Part shown: positions 1-10,140 of the stretch, piece after piece
Numbering within the stretch: position 1 is the first letter of the stretch
How the letters are laid out: the number at the start of each line of letters is the position of its first letter
Source of the DNA: a virus
Strand: one strand, 5' to 3'
DNA: 64,000 nucleotides
IMG/VR virus record: IMGVR_UViG_3300025652_000049
Span: 12,424 to 76,423 of that record
Notes under the pieces: generated by a model
The model's input: the letters and a program-made list of their open reading frames with translations, nothing else
Told to the model about the DNA's origin: nothing
The model's database searches: none
Translations under genes and position numbers: made by a program

Positions 1-1780
1 ATGCTTTTTCTTTAGCTGCATAGTCGGCTGCTTGAATTGCAACAAGACCTTTTGTTTGTTGAGCCTGTAATCCAGCAACATTTCCAAGTACTACAGCAGC
101 GTTACCACCAGAAGCATTTGTGATAGCCATTAAGCCACCTTGCATCGCATCTGCTAATTCTGCTTTCATAGCTGCTTCAACCTCAACAGGAAGTCCATGG
201 TGTGCTCTCTTAGACATTTCAGCAGCATATACCTTTATTGCTTCTGAAACTTCTTCAGTACGTAAAGGTATCTTAGCATCTTTGGCTTGTTGGTTTCCAA
301 TAAGCCCCATTCCTAATCCCATGATAGCATCAATAGGAAGTTCCTGTTTTCTATCATTGTAATCAATACTGCCATCTTTAACCCCCAACAAACCTAATTG
401 CTGATTGAAGTAATCGGTACCAGTATTATCAAAATCTTCTTTTGCTTTTTCTGCTACTTTTTCTTCTTCAGTTTTTTCTTCTTCTGCTACTTTTTCCTCT
501 TCTTTAACTGGTGGTTTATAGATTTTTTCTCTTTCAATAGTAATTTCCTTCCTTTTGTTTTTAGGATATATTTTTTCTAAATTTTTAAATTGGATTTTTG
601 TTTCAGAACCGGGTCCGACATTATGACCAAAAATAGTATCCATAAAATCAATATCAGTATCTACATTAGATTTATCGTCATTAAGATTAAACGAAATTTC
701 TTTGCCTGACATTTTTTTATACTCACTGGCAAATAGAGTTTGCATTTCATCAATATTAAAAGTAGGAGACATTCCTTTTTTCCCTTTTGTTAATTCAGGG
801 TATCTCTCTAACATTTTATTATACTGCTCTATGTCTCCGGGCTGTAAGTTTGGAAAAACTGCCGTTTTACCTAAAGTGTATTTACCATCCTTTCCTTTGA
901 TTTTATTTACACGAAGTTTTTCAATAACACTTTGTAGTTCTTCAAACTCAGCAAATTCTTGAGAATTAAATTCATTTTCAGATTCAATAACTTCATTTAA
1001 AAAATCTTGATGACCTGCTTCAGTAGCATCTTTATATAATTGCTTTCTAAGAACTTCACCGGCGCCTTGCTCAATGTCACCATCTTTAATCATTTGAGTG
1101 ATCTGCGCATCTCTTTGTCTAAGGTCTTTTTTAGTCACCTCTTTCTTAACCAAAAAACCCTTTTCTTCTTTTGTTAATTCAACAGATTTTTTATTGTTAA
1201 CAGATTCTTCTATTTTTCCAGTAACATAGTCATTTGTTGTTATAGGCGTTCTACCTGCTTCCTTAAGACCTTCGTTGTATTTTCTAAGATATGTTCTTCC
1301 AGAAGCATTTGTTGAGGTTTCTTCTATTAGATTCCCTGAACTAATAGAACTTCTAGCAACGCTTGGAGGTTGAAAATGGAATTGACTAGCCATTTCACCC
1401 ATAGTTAATCCGGCGGGGTTTTTATCTATCATTGATTTAGCTTGAGGTAAAAGAACTTCATTTGCATAATAACCAAAATAAGCCTCTTGTAAAGCTGGAG
1501 AGTTTTTAAAATCTTCCATAGATTCTACTTTTCCAAAAACACCTTTTTTTGAAGCAGCAAATTCTTTAATACCCATCATAGATCCTGTCTTAGAAAACCA
1601 TTCTTTTAAGAATTGATATTTTCCAGTAGCACTAGAATCTGGCTTGCCATCTTTATTTTTATCACCAGCTAAAGTTGTATAAGGATTCGGATAACCACCG
1701 GTTTCTATTTTAGCAATTCCAACTCTTAAGTTTTCTATAATCGCTTTATCTCTTTCGGATATTGGTTTTTTATCAGGCAT
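1..1780 (-). CDS. Virion ejection/cargo protein with N-terminal lysozyme/lytic-transglycosylase-like domain (partial, runs off the left edge; absent from the ORF track)
   Basis: ATG at 1780 opens a frame that stays open to the edge: MPDKKPISERDKAIIENLRVGIAKIETGG...DSSATGKYQFL. The E-T-G-G and SATGKYQF motifs are typical of lysozyme-like superfamily domains. The C-terminal part is Ala/Gly-rich and helical. It lies downstream of the tail stabilization gene, where crAss-like phages encode ejected proteins. Confidence 0.7.
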   Translation of the reverse strand, partial: MPDKKPISERDKAIIENLRVGIAKIETGGYPNPYTTLAGDKNKDGKPDSSATGKYQFLKEWFSKTGSMMGIKEFAASKKGVFGKVESMEDFKNSPALQEAYFGYYANEVLLPQAKSMIDKNPAGLTMGEMASQFHFQPPSVARSSISSGNLIEETSTNASGRTYLRKYNEGLKEAGRTPITTNDYVTGKIEESVNNKKSVELTKEEKGFLVKKEVTKKDLRQRDAQITQMIKDGDIEQGAGEVLRKQLYKDATEAGHQDFLNEVIESENEFNSQEFAEFEELQSVIEKLRVNKIKGKDGKYTLGKTAVFPNLQPGDIEQYNKMLERYPELTKGKKGMSPTFNIDEMQTLFASEYKKMSGKEISFNLNDDKSNVDTDIDFMDTIFGHNVGPGSETKIQFKNLEKIYPKNKRKEITIEREKIYKPPVKEEEKVAEEEKTEEEKVAEKAKEDFDNTGTDYFNQQLGLLGVKDGSIDYNDRKQELPIDAIMGLGMGLIGNQQAKDAKIPLRTEEVSEAIKVYAAEMSKRAHHGLPVEVEAAMKAELADAMQGGLMAITNASGGNAAVVLGNVAGLQAQQTKGLVAIQAADYAAKEKA

Positions 1781-1798
1781 GATACTACATTTTTATTA

Positions 1799-2596
1799 TT
1801 AACTAAGACCTAGTTGTTTTTTTCTAAGTTGTTTTAAATTTTCCATTGAAGCAAGACCTTCGGACATTTTATATTCTTGCTCGCTTTCCTTTCTTTCTAA
1901 AAGGGTTTGTTTCTTAAATCTTTTAGCGTATTCTGCCTGACGTGTTTTAAGACGGTCAGCATGTATCATCTGACCAGCTAGACCAGGTGCAAGAAATGAG
2001 GCCGCAGTAGCTAACGCTTTATCACCACCAGACATATTACTTTCTTGAACATTCATAACGCTTGAAGATGGAGAAAACATCGCTTGAGATACAGCACCTC
2101 CTTCTTCTCCATGAGTGGCTGTTGCAATTCCAATACCTGCTTTTTCAATACCTCTAAAAACTCCTGCCATTGGAATTGCTTTACCAACGGCATCTTTAGT
2201 TGCATTCATTGCATTATTGTATTGCTCTTGTTTGCCCGATCCTTCATACTTGTTTTTTGCATCATAAGCATTGGGAGATGGAAGAGCGTTACCCATTTCT
2301 CCAGCAGCAGCACCATACTTTTTAAGACCTTCTCTAAAACCATTTTTAGCATCTGGAGGCATGTCAAATTCTTGTCCGGAAAGCTCGCTGTTGAAATCTT
2401 TTCCCATCAAACCTATACCTCCATTAGAAGTATTTGACGTCATGCTCTGTTTTGAATTTTTCTGCCAACCACCATACATACCATCGCTTGTAGAAGACAA
2501 AGATTGTGGTGCATTTTCTAATTCTAAACCAGTCGTGTTTGCTTTGTCGGTATCACCAAATCGACCTAAAAAACTACTTAATCCTGCTCCTAACAT
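1799..2596 (-). CDS. Putative ejection/cargo protein (Gly/Ala-rich, weak TM helices, basic coiled-coil C-terminus)
   Basis: 265 aa. Composition and position next to the stabilization gene. Confidence 0.5.
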   Translation of the reverse strand: MLGAGLSSFLGRFGDTDKANTTGLELENAPQSLSSTSDGMYGGWQKNSKQSMTSNTSNGGIGLMGKDFNSELSGQEFDMPPDAKNGFREGLKKYGAAAGEMGNALPSPNAYDAKNKYEGSGKQEQYNNAMNATKDAVGKAIPMAGVFRGIEKAGIGIATATHGEEGGAVSQAMFSPSSSVMNVQESNMSGGDKALATAASFLAPGLAGQMIHADRLKTRQAEYAKRFKKQTLLERKESEQEYKMSEGLASMENLKQLRKKQLGLS

Positions 2597-2606
2597 AATG
2601 TTTTAT

Positions 2607-5600
2607 TTAAAGGTGGCTTACTCTTAAACTATTTAATACTGCTAAGATATCAACTTTATTCTGATTTAAGCTCTCAGCTGTTATTTCAACATACACCCAT
2701 TTACCTCTAACACTACCTGATTGTTCTATATCATCGGTATCATTAATTGCCGGCACTGTATGTGTTCCTTCTCTGATTCTATAAGCATCATGAGTACCTA
2801 ATATCATTCTGTCATATCCTAGATTAGATTTAAAGAATACAGATTTAATAGGATAATCTAAATTGGTAACCATACCCCATTGTCTATAAAGAAATATTGT
2901 TTCGGTATTCGCGTGAATGTAAAAACCTAATGTAAGTTCTTTTTGTACTTCAAAGAAATTAAGGATATCACCAGCATTTAATTGATGTAATCTTGCGCTT
3001 TCTAAATCAACTCCCGAAGTACCTGTTGTGATTGGTGCATAAACTTTTTCTTTAAAGGTTATGTACATATCATTATCATACTCAAAGTCACCATTAAACT
3101 TCTGACTTACTTCATTATAAGATAACATAAAATTAGTTCCATCTTTAGTTCTTAGACGAATACCTGTTTCTTTATTTTCATGGTCGTAGTAAGCTTCAGT
3201 ATCTATGACTGGATTTTTCTTTAACTGCTCTAGGTATAATAGATGAAGTAAGTTTTTAACTAACAACGGATCTTTACCTCTTACAAACTCATTTTTAGTT
3301 TCATCAAAAAATGTAAACCCAAAATCTCCATTAGCAACAGCTCGACGTATAGCAGTACCATATTTACTTATAATCTTATGACCGTCTATAATAGTTCCAG
3401 AACCTTGCTGTACATTTATAGAGCCTCCATCTTGGTCTGAAATAACTCTATCCATACCAACATAAATAAGTGAAGTCTGCTTGCCTTGTATTGCGTATAC
3501 GTTATCATCATATCTAAATATGTTTGAAACATCACCCTTATTCTTTTCTAATAAAGCATAGAAGTTGTTTACTTTAAAAACTGTCCAAGCATCATAAGGA
3601 TCTCCAGCTAACTTAACATCGGAAACGGCAATAACGTTACCCCTGTTTGGGTCGTTCTTTAAATCAAATGGTTTCGGAATATATGTTTTTATATTATTCT
3701 CATTAAAGTATGCATTGTTGATTATTTCGTTTCTAGTAGTATTGAAACTGTGTTTTGAATTAACTCTATAAAATTCATATCCATAGGTTAACTTAGGCTC
3801 TACTTGTGATTCTAAAACAAAAAGATAAGTCCAAGCACCGTTACGTTGCCAAACCTCTATATCTCCTGATTGTCTACCATTACCATGATTATTATAACCT
3901 CTTTCTTCAACTGGATCAGTACCCCAATCATTTTTAGTTCTAATACTTAAAGTAACATAAACATCAGCACCTACATCAAAAAACTGTGCATTATTAGAAG
4001 ATTTTAAAACAGGTATTGTTTTACTAAGTGGTATGTATGTATTTGCAGTATAAGCCTGTTTTGTCCGACCACCAAATATAGATTCTCTGTTGTTTCTAAA
4101 AAGAGTTATTAATGGAAGGCTATCATAAACAACATGATTATCATCTCCTAGTCTTATTTGTGAATTTACAGTATGAATGTCTGGACCAACCACAACAGGA
4201 CTAAATACATCTGTAACAGTTTTTATAATAACAGTTGGATAACCAGGGGAAGTAATTGCACCTCCAAATATTTCAGATTTTACACGACCATCTATATAAT
4301 CCCATTTTCTTTGAAAATTACCATAGTACCAAGGCTGCGATTGCATCATAACAGCATTGTTAGAAACATCATTGGTTACTCCAAAAGCAAAGCCTGAGAT
4401 GCTAACACCTCTTTCTAGACTTTCAGCACTATCAATAACATGTTCAATAGGCCCATTAATTACTTGTACGTATTTTGAAAACACTGAAACATTAACAAAA
4501 TGAGTTTCCCATGTTTCATTGTAATCTTCTTCTCGTGCAAATCTTGGTAAATCTCCTTGATAGTTTTCTCCATCAACTTCTTGTTCAAGTATTTTTCTAG
4601 AAAACTTAGGATAAACCTCATCGCCAAAGTTAAAACCACTACCTCCAGAAACATCACCGCCTCTTTCTCTAATAACTCCGGGTGTGTGATCAGTGTTTAA
4701 AACAGCATAGATTTGAAGTTTGCACTTCTCTACATACTGGTCAGATATCTTACCGTAGATTATATCTGGTGAATCAAAATACATTAAAGACCTATTAACC
4801 ATAGTTCTTTTTAAATACTCTATATCATCTGTGTATTGATAATCTTCACCATAAGTATCATAATTTATAAGTCCTTGCTTTTCATATGTAGGGCCTCCAT
4901 TGTAAGGAATATTCCATTTGTTTTGAATAGCGGTAGGCATTTCGTTTTGTGGCTTACCATTTGTTTGAACTCTAGATAATGGGGCTGAGATACCACGACA
5001 CAAAATAGTTCTATTATCTTCAGTTCTTTCTACATAGACAATTTGATACATTGGTATTACTTCTTGCAACTCACAAGACAATCTAACCTCTATATGCATT
5101 TTAATTCCATGTCCATAAAGAGTATCACCTACTACGCTTTGATTAAGATACCTACTAGAAGATATGATTATGTTACCTGAGTCTGTAATTTCTTTTTTTA
5201 ATTCTCCCATATTCGGAATCATTAAATCTCCTAAAGGAATTACAAAGTATTTTGTAGAATCAGAATTATATATCTGAAGTCCTATTCTATAAAGTTCACC
5301 TTTCATACAAAACTTTACTCCTGTTGGCTCTATATAATCAACCAATGTTCCAGTACCGTCATAAATGCCAGTGGCTTTTTTCATTAAAGGCTCTGTAAAC
5401 TCTCTGTAAGTTACACGTAACCCATTTCCTTGGTCGAACCCAATACTTTTACCTCCATATACCAAAGAATCTAAATCAACCGTTACAGGTAGGAATTGAA
5501 TGTCATTATCAAATGTTTCTACATACTGATCGTTATTTGATTCAAACACATAACTACTCATGTCTGTTTGAATTAAATCATTAGTTGGTTTTAGTAGCAA

Positions 5601-7259
5601 TTGTCCATTAATTTTCTCAACCGTTAGGTTTGGGAAATATGATGCGAAAAGTATATTATTAGCTTGTTGGTCAATTAACCAATCAGCTACTAAAACAGTA
5701 ATGTTCGTATAATTAGCAAGTCCTAAGTCAGAAAATATAATTGTAACCTCATCCGAAGTTACACTGTTTTTGAAAGTTAAACCTAATGGCCCAAAGCAAG
5801 ATATGTTTCTATATACTTTTTGTTTGATATAAACTAAAGGCTCTGTATTTGTAGGGTCTATGTATCTATACTTCCAAGGCTCTGGATTAAGAATACAGTC
5901 ATGAGTAGCGCCAGTATCATCCCATCCATGAAGAGGGAATAAGTATTCAAGATTTGCAACAGACGTTGGTATTGGTTGGTCACGTAGCCCAGCCGCGATT
6001 AATTTGTTTTTCTTAGAAGTGAAATCATTACAATACTTCCAAGTGTTTTTATAATTTATAATATCATTAAAAGTAATGTTATCGGCAAACTCAGCTTCAT
6101 TACCAAAGTGATCAAATTCTACAACTGATTTTACCGGCTTACGTCCTAAATTACGAATCGCCGTAGGAGGTCCAAATGCCTCTAATTCTATAGCAACACA
6201 TTCTACTTCCGCAGAATCTTCAGGATCTATAAGATTTACTTTTATTCGAACTTTTTTATCAGTAGCTTCTGAAAAGTCACCCCCTCTAAATTCAACAGGA
6301 GTATTTTCAACAAGTATTCTTTGTACTTCTGAAGTAGGTGAGAATTCACTTAACTGTCCGTTTTCTGAAATAATACGATAACTATAAACAACAGTCATTG
6401 ATTTTATTTGTCCTCCTTCTTCTATGTTTAATACTTCTGGTTGAAGTAATACATTGTTTAATACCTGGTTAAATTCATCTGACGTTCTTGATGGCAAATT
6501 AACATCATGAAGATTTACAACTCTTCTTACATTAAAAGCATCAGTATAATAAACTGGCTTTCTGAATTTGTTTTCCTCAACTCCTTCAGTAGTTATTTTT
6601 GCTTCTACAGGCCAATTCTGAGCTCCTATCCACCTTAATTCTCCAACAAGGTTGTAATTGTCATTTAATCTCATGCTGTAAATAGCATCCCAATAAATTT
6701 CATTGTTTACTGGAACCTCAGCAATATTAATAGAACATGCAATTGGATTTTGAACATTAGCGTTTACTCCGTAATATTCTGAAAAATCAATTTGATCATC
6801 AGTACCTCCATCACAAACAAGATTATCTTCGAATTCTGTTTCAGATGGTGGATTTATTATTTTATTATAAGTACTTGTTGCTTCAATTGAATTAACAGAA
6901 AACTCATCTACTATATCTATTTCCGTAGCTCCAACAGAATCTACGGTTATAGTAAATAAGTCACTATTTATTGTTGAGATATCTTCTGTTATTACAACAG
7001 GCTCTTTTGACCCACCTTTTAAAACTTTTGCAAAAACAACTATTTCATCTTCGAAAACATGAACTCCTAGATATTTAACTATCTCTGTATTTTGATAAAT
7101 AAGTTTTGATCCAACACCTCCGGAGAAAGAGAAAACTCCATCTTTAGAATAGAGTCTACCGTTAGTTGCTTTTTGGTAAGTGTTTTTAGCCTCAGCCGCA
7201 TTAGTTAAATCTGAAGAGTAACCACCTTCTAATGTTTTGACTAGGTTAAAATTTACCAT
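2607..7259 (-). CDS. Tail stabilization / muzzle protein (crAss Tstab, P22 gp10-like)
   Basis: 1550 aa, beta-rich. Segments such as VYYTDAFNVRRVVN, YSYRIISENGQLS and MKGELYRIGLQ, plus crAss-like synteny. Confidence 0.75.
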   Translation of the reverse strand: MVNFNLVKTLEGGYSSDLTNAAEAKNTYQKATNGRLYSKDGVFSFSGGVGSKLIYQNTEIVKYLGVHVFEDEIVVFAKVLKGGSKEPVVITEDISTINSDLFTITVDSVGATEIDIVDEFSVNSIEATSTYNKIINPPSETEFEDNLVCDGGTDDQIDFSEYYGVNANVQNPIACSINIAEVPVNNEIYWDAIYSMRLNDNYNLVGELRWIGAQNWPVEAKITTEGVEENKFRKPVYYTDAFNVRRVVNLHDVNLPSRTSDEFNQVLNNVLLQPEVLNIEEGGQIKSMTVVYSYRIISENGQLSEFSPTSEVQRILVENTPVEFRGGDFSEATDKKVRIKVNLIDPEDSAEVECVAIELEAFGPPTAIRNLGRKPVKSVVEFDHFGNEAEFADNITFNDIINYKNTWKYCNDFTSKKNKLIAAGLRDQPIPTSVANLEYLFPLHGWDDTGATHDCILNPEPWKYRYIDPTNTEPLVYIKQKVYRNISCFGPLGLTFKNSVTSDEVTIIFSDLGLANYTNITVLVADWLIDQQANNILFASYFPNLTVEKINGQLLLKPTNDLIQTDMSSYVFESNNDQYVETFDNDIQFLPVTVDLDSLVYGGKSIGFDQGNGLRVTYREFTEPLMKKATGIYDGTGTLVDYIEPTGVKFCMKGELYRIGLQIYNSDSTKYFVIPLGDLMIPNMGELKKEITDSGNIIISSSRYLNQSVVGDTLYGHGIKMHIEVRLSCELQEVIPMYQIVYVERTEDNRTILCRGISAPLSRVQTNGKPQNEMPTAIQNKWNIPYNGGPTYEKQGLINYDTYGEDYQYTDDIEYLKRTMVNRSLMYFDSPDIIYGKISDQYVEKCKLQIYAVLNTDHTPGVIRERGGDVSGGSGFNFGDEVYPKFSRKILEQEVDGENYQGDLPRFAREEDYNETWETHFVNVSVFSKYVQVINGPIEHVIDSAESLERGVSISGFAFGVTNDVSNNAVMMQSQPWYYGNFQRKWDYIDGRVKSEIFGGAITSPGYPTVIIKTVTDVFSPVVVGPDIHTVNSQIRLGDDNHVVYDSLPLITLFRNNRESIFGGRTKQAYTANTYIPLSKTIPVLKSSNNAQFFDVGADVYVTLSIRTKNDWGTDPVEERGYNNHGNGRQSGDIEVWQRNGAWTYLFVLESQVEPKLTYGYEFYRVNSKHSFNTTRNEIINNAYFNENNIKTYIPKPFDLKNDPNRGNVIAVSDVKLAGDPYDAWTVFKVNNFYALLEKNKGDVSNIFRYDDNVYAIQGKQTSLIYVGMDRVISDQDGGSINVQQGSGTIIDGHKIISKYGTAIRRAVANGDFGFTFFDETKNEFVRGKDPLLVKNLLHLLYLEQLKKNPVIDTEAYYDHENKETGIRLRTKDGTNFMLSYNEVSQKFNGDFEYDNDMYITFKEKVYAPITTGTSGVDLESARLHQLNAGDILNFFEVQKELTLGFYIHANTETIFLYRQWGMVTNLDYPIKSVFFKSNLGYDRMILGTHDAYRIREGTHTVPAINDTDDIEQSGSVRGKWVYVEITAESLNQNKVDILAVLNSLRVSHL

Positions 7260-7282
7260 TTTAAAGTGTTTTATATTCTATT

Positions 7283-7290
7283 CAAAATTA
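7283..7290 (-). promoter_or_regulatory. Bacteroidota sigma-70 -7 box (TAATTTTG)
   Basis: TAnnTTTG about 25 nt upstream of the 1550-aa gene start. Confidence 0.5.
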
Positions 7291-7301
7291 CTAATTTATT
7301 T

Positions 7302-7745
7302 TTAGATAAGTATAATCATTAAAGCTGCTGTAATTAATCCTCCAATAAAACCGCTAAGACCCCACCATATCTTTTGTGACTTCTGTTTCTTAACTTGTCC
7401 TTCAAGGCTTCCTATTTCTAATTTATTATTGACATTATTAAGAGAATCTTTTTTAGCCAAACTTCTTATATTCCCTTCTAAGATGGGAATTGTAACAACT
7501 TCTAATTGGTGAATGATTAATTGATCAGAAGCTTCAATCATTTTTAAAGCATCAATACGCATTTCTAACGTAATGACCTCTTTCTTTTGCAAGTTATACG
7601 CTTCAAGTAATTTAGCGAATTCACCAAGCTTCTCATAAGTAATGTCTCTATTTTCGGAATAGAAAGTCGTTTGCGAGTGAATCCAAGTACTGTTGAGTAT
7701 AAAGCTTATAAAGAATAACATCGTAATCTTTTTGAAGGGCTTCAT
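7302..7745 (-). CDS. Secreted coiled-coil protein with C-terminal TM helix (spanin-like)
   Basis: Signal peptide with Gln at +1 (IHS-QTT), coiled coil, C-terminal WWGLSGFIGGLITAALMIILI. Overlaps the upstream TM gene in the lysis cluster. Confidence 0.45.
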   Translation of the reverse strand: MKPFKKITMLFFISFILNSTWIHSQTTFYSENRDITYEKLGEFAKLLEAYNLQKKEVITLEMRIDALKMIEASDQLIIHQLEVVTIPILEGNIRSLAKKDSLNNVNNKLEIGSLEGQVKKQKSQKIWWGLSGFIGGLITAALMIILI

Positions 7746-8025
7746 ATTTTCGTTTCCATTTTAAGTCTGCATTAATATAAACTATTTTACTTTCTCTAAT
7801 TTTCCGAATAGAATCATCGCTTTTAAGCCTGTCTCTTTCGCCTCTCGCGATCAAAGTATCTTCTATAACGATTAAGCTATCATTACTGCTTTTCCATTGC
7901 TCTACGATGTCTTTGTGCATTTTCCATCCTAAACCACCGCCACCTAAAGAAAGTAGAAAGAGGCACCCTAAAATCACTATCCCGATAATCAAATACTTTT
8001 TAGAATTATCCGCTCTCTCTTGCAT
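7648..8025 (-). CDS. Putative i-spanin (N-terminal TM plus periplasmic coiled coil)
   Basis: YLIIGIVILGCLFLLSLG anchor; located in the lysis cluster. Confidence 0.45.
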   Translation of the reverse strand: MQERADNSKKYLIIGIVILGCLFLLSLGGGGLGWKMHKDIVEQWKSSNDSLIVIEDTLIARGERDRLKSDDSIRKIRESKIVYINADLKWKRKYEALQKDYDVILYKLYTQQYLDSLANDFLFRK

Positions 8026-8238
8026 CTATTGTTTTGATTTAAAAACGTCCATTGACATTGCTGCAAATCCAGCCGTAATTATACCTAGTATTAAAACGTC
8101 TGTAACATCCCCTTTCTCTTCTATAAAGTATTTAGCAACTCCCATAGCAAGACCAATAAGAACAGCGATTGTTCCCATTACTCTCTTAGGAGATAGTTTC
8201 CCACTTGAGTCTGTAAAAAAAGTCTTTTTAGTTTCCAT
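8026..8238 (-). CDS. Putative holin (2 TM)
   Basis: 70 aa, GKLSPKRVMG followed by two hydrophobic helices, near the endolysin. Confidence 0.55.
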   Translation of the reverse strand: METKKTFFTDSSGKLSPKRVMGTIAVLIGLAMGVAKYFIEEKGDVTDVLILGIITAGFAAMSMDVFKSKQ

Positions 8239-8554
8239 TTCTATGATATATTAATTCGTGATTTTTAACCTTTCTATCTGTTCTAGAATTAATCCATCCT
8301 TGTCTAGTAACACCATCCTCTCTAACATCTGTTATTTCTCCACGAATATATTTGTCCTCTTTAATTACCTCTCCACGCAAAAGACTTATTTCTCTGTCCA
8401 TATCATTGCGTAATCCTCCTACTTCAGCATCAATCTTACTACTTATCCCAACTAAACCAACCCAGATACCTCCTAAACTAAAAGCTGCTACTATTAACAT
8501 AGCTATTGCCCCTATACTTATATTTATTTTATTGTTAAATTCTGGTGGTGGCAT
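8228..8554 (-). CDS. Membrane-anchored coiled-coil protein (lysis cluster)
   Basis: N-terminal TM helix followed by heptad repeats. Confidence 0.45.
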   Translation of the reverse strand: MPPPEFNNKINISIGAIAMLIVAAFSLGGIWVGLVGISSKIDAEVGGLRNDMDREISLLRGEVIKEDKYIRGEITDVREDGVTRQGWINSRTDRKVKNHELIYHRNGN

Positions 8555-8557
8555 ATC

Positions 8558-9007
8558 TTATGGATTGAATAAATAAACTTTTGAGTTTTTTTCCTCGTCG
8601 ATGTCGTCTAAATGTACCCAAGAAACACCGTCCTCTAATCTAATTTTGAATGGGAATAATTCTGAATTACTTACAATCCAATCCCTGACCTCCTTTGCCG
8701 TCATTTCTTTTACATCAAAATCGAACGCCCTTCCAAGTATATGCGCTGATATATATAACTGGTTTCTTTCCGCTTTATCTCTTACAAGTGGTTGGATATT
8801 TGTCCTAAGACCTCTCTGCTCTCTACTTCCGCTATTTACTGTAATAGGCTTATCTATATTAACTCTTACAATAAGCAATGCGTGTAGTGCATTCGTTCCA
8901 AAGAACCTCCACGCTTTATCACCGTACTTCTTAAAAGTTCTACTACCTACAAGTTCGTGTATTCCAAAATACTTTTTAATTTCAGTTAAAATTTCTGTTC
9001 TTGTCAT
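8558..9007 (-). CDS. Endolysin, peptidase M15 family Zn peptidase
   Basis: SAHILGRAFD (SxHxxGxAxD) and WVHLD zinc-ligand motifs. Confidence 0.85.
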   Translation of the reverse strand: MTRTEILTEIKKYFGIHELVGSRTFKKYGDKAWRFFGTNALHALLIVRVNIDKPITVNSGSREQRGLRTNIQPLVRDKAERNQLYISAHILGRAFDFDVKEMTAKEVRDWIVSNSELFPFKIRLEDGVSWVHLDDIDEEKNSKVYLFNP

Positions 9008-9456
9008 TGTTTTTTATTTAAAAATTCAGCTTCCCAACCATTCATTTTAGGTTTCCACATTACTATAAATTCTACCCTCTTACCACTTTTATTTACAATA
9101 GCGTGTTTTTCTCCTTTTTTAAAGTGGCAACTATTTGGAAACTCAATAAGACATTCTTTTTCTTCTGTTATAACCTCCCAAATAGCCCCTTTAGTTATCG
9201 GTATAAACTGTTCGCAACTATCTAAATGAAAGTGGGGAGGAAACACACTATCTATACCAAACTCATAAACACAAGCTGTTACGTTATCATTTCCTGTAAT
9301 ATCTAGTTCATACCAATAATCGTCTTTTGTACCCGGAAACTTGGTTCTTTTTTTCGGTATTACAGGAATGCTAACTTGGGGGATCTCCCGAAACCCTGCC
9401 ATCATATTGAGCCGAAACCCTGCCCTTTTTTTTGATAATTCCTTTTTGTGTTTCAT
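9004..9456 (-). CDS. Cupin-domain protein
   Basis: PPHFHLDSCEQF and GEKHAIVN cupin metal-binding motifs. Confidence 0.75.
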   Translation of the reverse strand: MKHKKELSKKRAGFRLNMMAGFREIPQVSIPVIPKKRTKFPGTKDDYWYELDITGNDNVTACVYEFGIDSVFPPHFHLDSCEQFIPITKGAIWEVITEEKECLIEFPNSCHFKKGEKHAIVNKSGKRVEFIVMWKPKMNGWEAEFLNKKQ

Positions 9457-9743
9457 TCTTTTAACTTGTCAATCTTGTCAGAATTTTTATCTATAATCTT
9501 AACTAATTGTGTCAAAGTTATATTTACGTTTTCAATTAAAGCTATATTCTTTTCTCCCTGTAACCTTGAATAATCTCTCTCATCCTTTAATTCTGTCTTT
9601 AATAATTTATGCTCTACTTTAACGTAAGCCAATAATCCTAAAATAAAAACTATTAAAGAGTATATAATCCAAACATATAATTGAGCTGTTCCCTCGCTTG
9701 CTGGTGGCATCGGCTCTAATTGCCACATTAAGGTTAATATCAT
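9453..9743 (-). CDS. Single-TM coiled-coil protein (holin/antiholin-like)
   Basis: One TM helix followed by a charged coiled coil. Confidence 0.45.
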   Translation of the reverse strand: MILTLMWQLEPMPPASEGTAQLYVWIIYSLIVFILGLLAYVKVEHKLLKTELKDERDYSRLQGEKNIALIENVNITLTQLVKIIDKNSDKIDKLKE

Positions 9744-9771
9744 ATTTTATTATTATGTGCTCGCTTGCTAC

Positions 9772-10140
9772 TCACACGTTATTAAAATCATTTATTGATT
9801 TTAAACAATGATCCTTATCTAATATATCCAAAAACAAACACATCCCAGAGCCTATTTTAGTTAGTGTTCCGTCCCTTTGGTTTTTACCTAAAGCGCTGGA
9901 AATAGTTTCTCTTTTGTCTCCAAAAAGATAACCGCCTTCTTTCCTAAAAAGTAGATTCCAAGTTGCTCTGTAAGCATAGTTCCCAAAGACGTCAACTGCG
10001 ATAGCGTGTTGCTTCCAGTACTCATTAGTAACTATAAAGAACCCTTTCGCTTTGACGTGTTGAATCAAAACGATAGGGAAATTTATAATCCACATTATTG
10101 AGAATAAAATATATGATATGAAGGCTAAAATAAATCCCAA
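9772..10140 (-). CDS. Conserved phage membrane protein (ETISS...DHC type)
   Basis: N-terminal TM helix. The FGDKRETISSALGK...DHC motif is common beside phage tail and lysis genes. Confidence 0.55.
   Translation of the reverse strand: MGFILAFISYILFSIMWIINFPIVLIQHVKAKGFFIVTNEYWKQHAIAVDVFGNYAYRATWNLLFRKEGGYLFGDKRETISSALGKNQRDGTLTKIGSGMCLFLDILDKDHCLKSINDFNNV

Noticed and set aside
120-2627. Plus-strand ORFs in the left arm (120-362, 398-580, 702-962, 2084-2437, 2271-2627) and similar shadows elsewhere
   Set aside because: They are antisense shadows of real minus-strand genes, with implausible composition.
9388-9424. 13-bp direct repeat CCGAAACCCTGCC (AGFR twice) in the cupin 5' end
   Set aside because: Two copies only, explained by a small local duplication. 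No supported regulatory or frameshift role.
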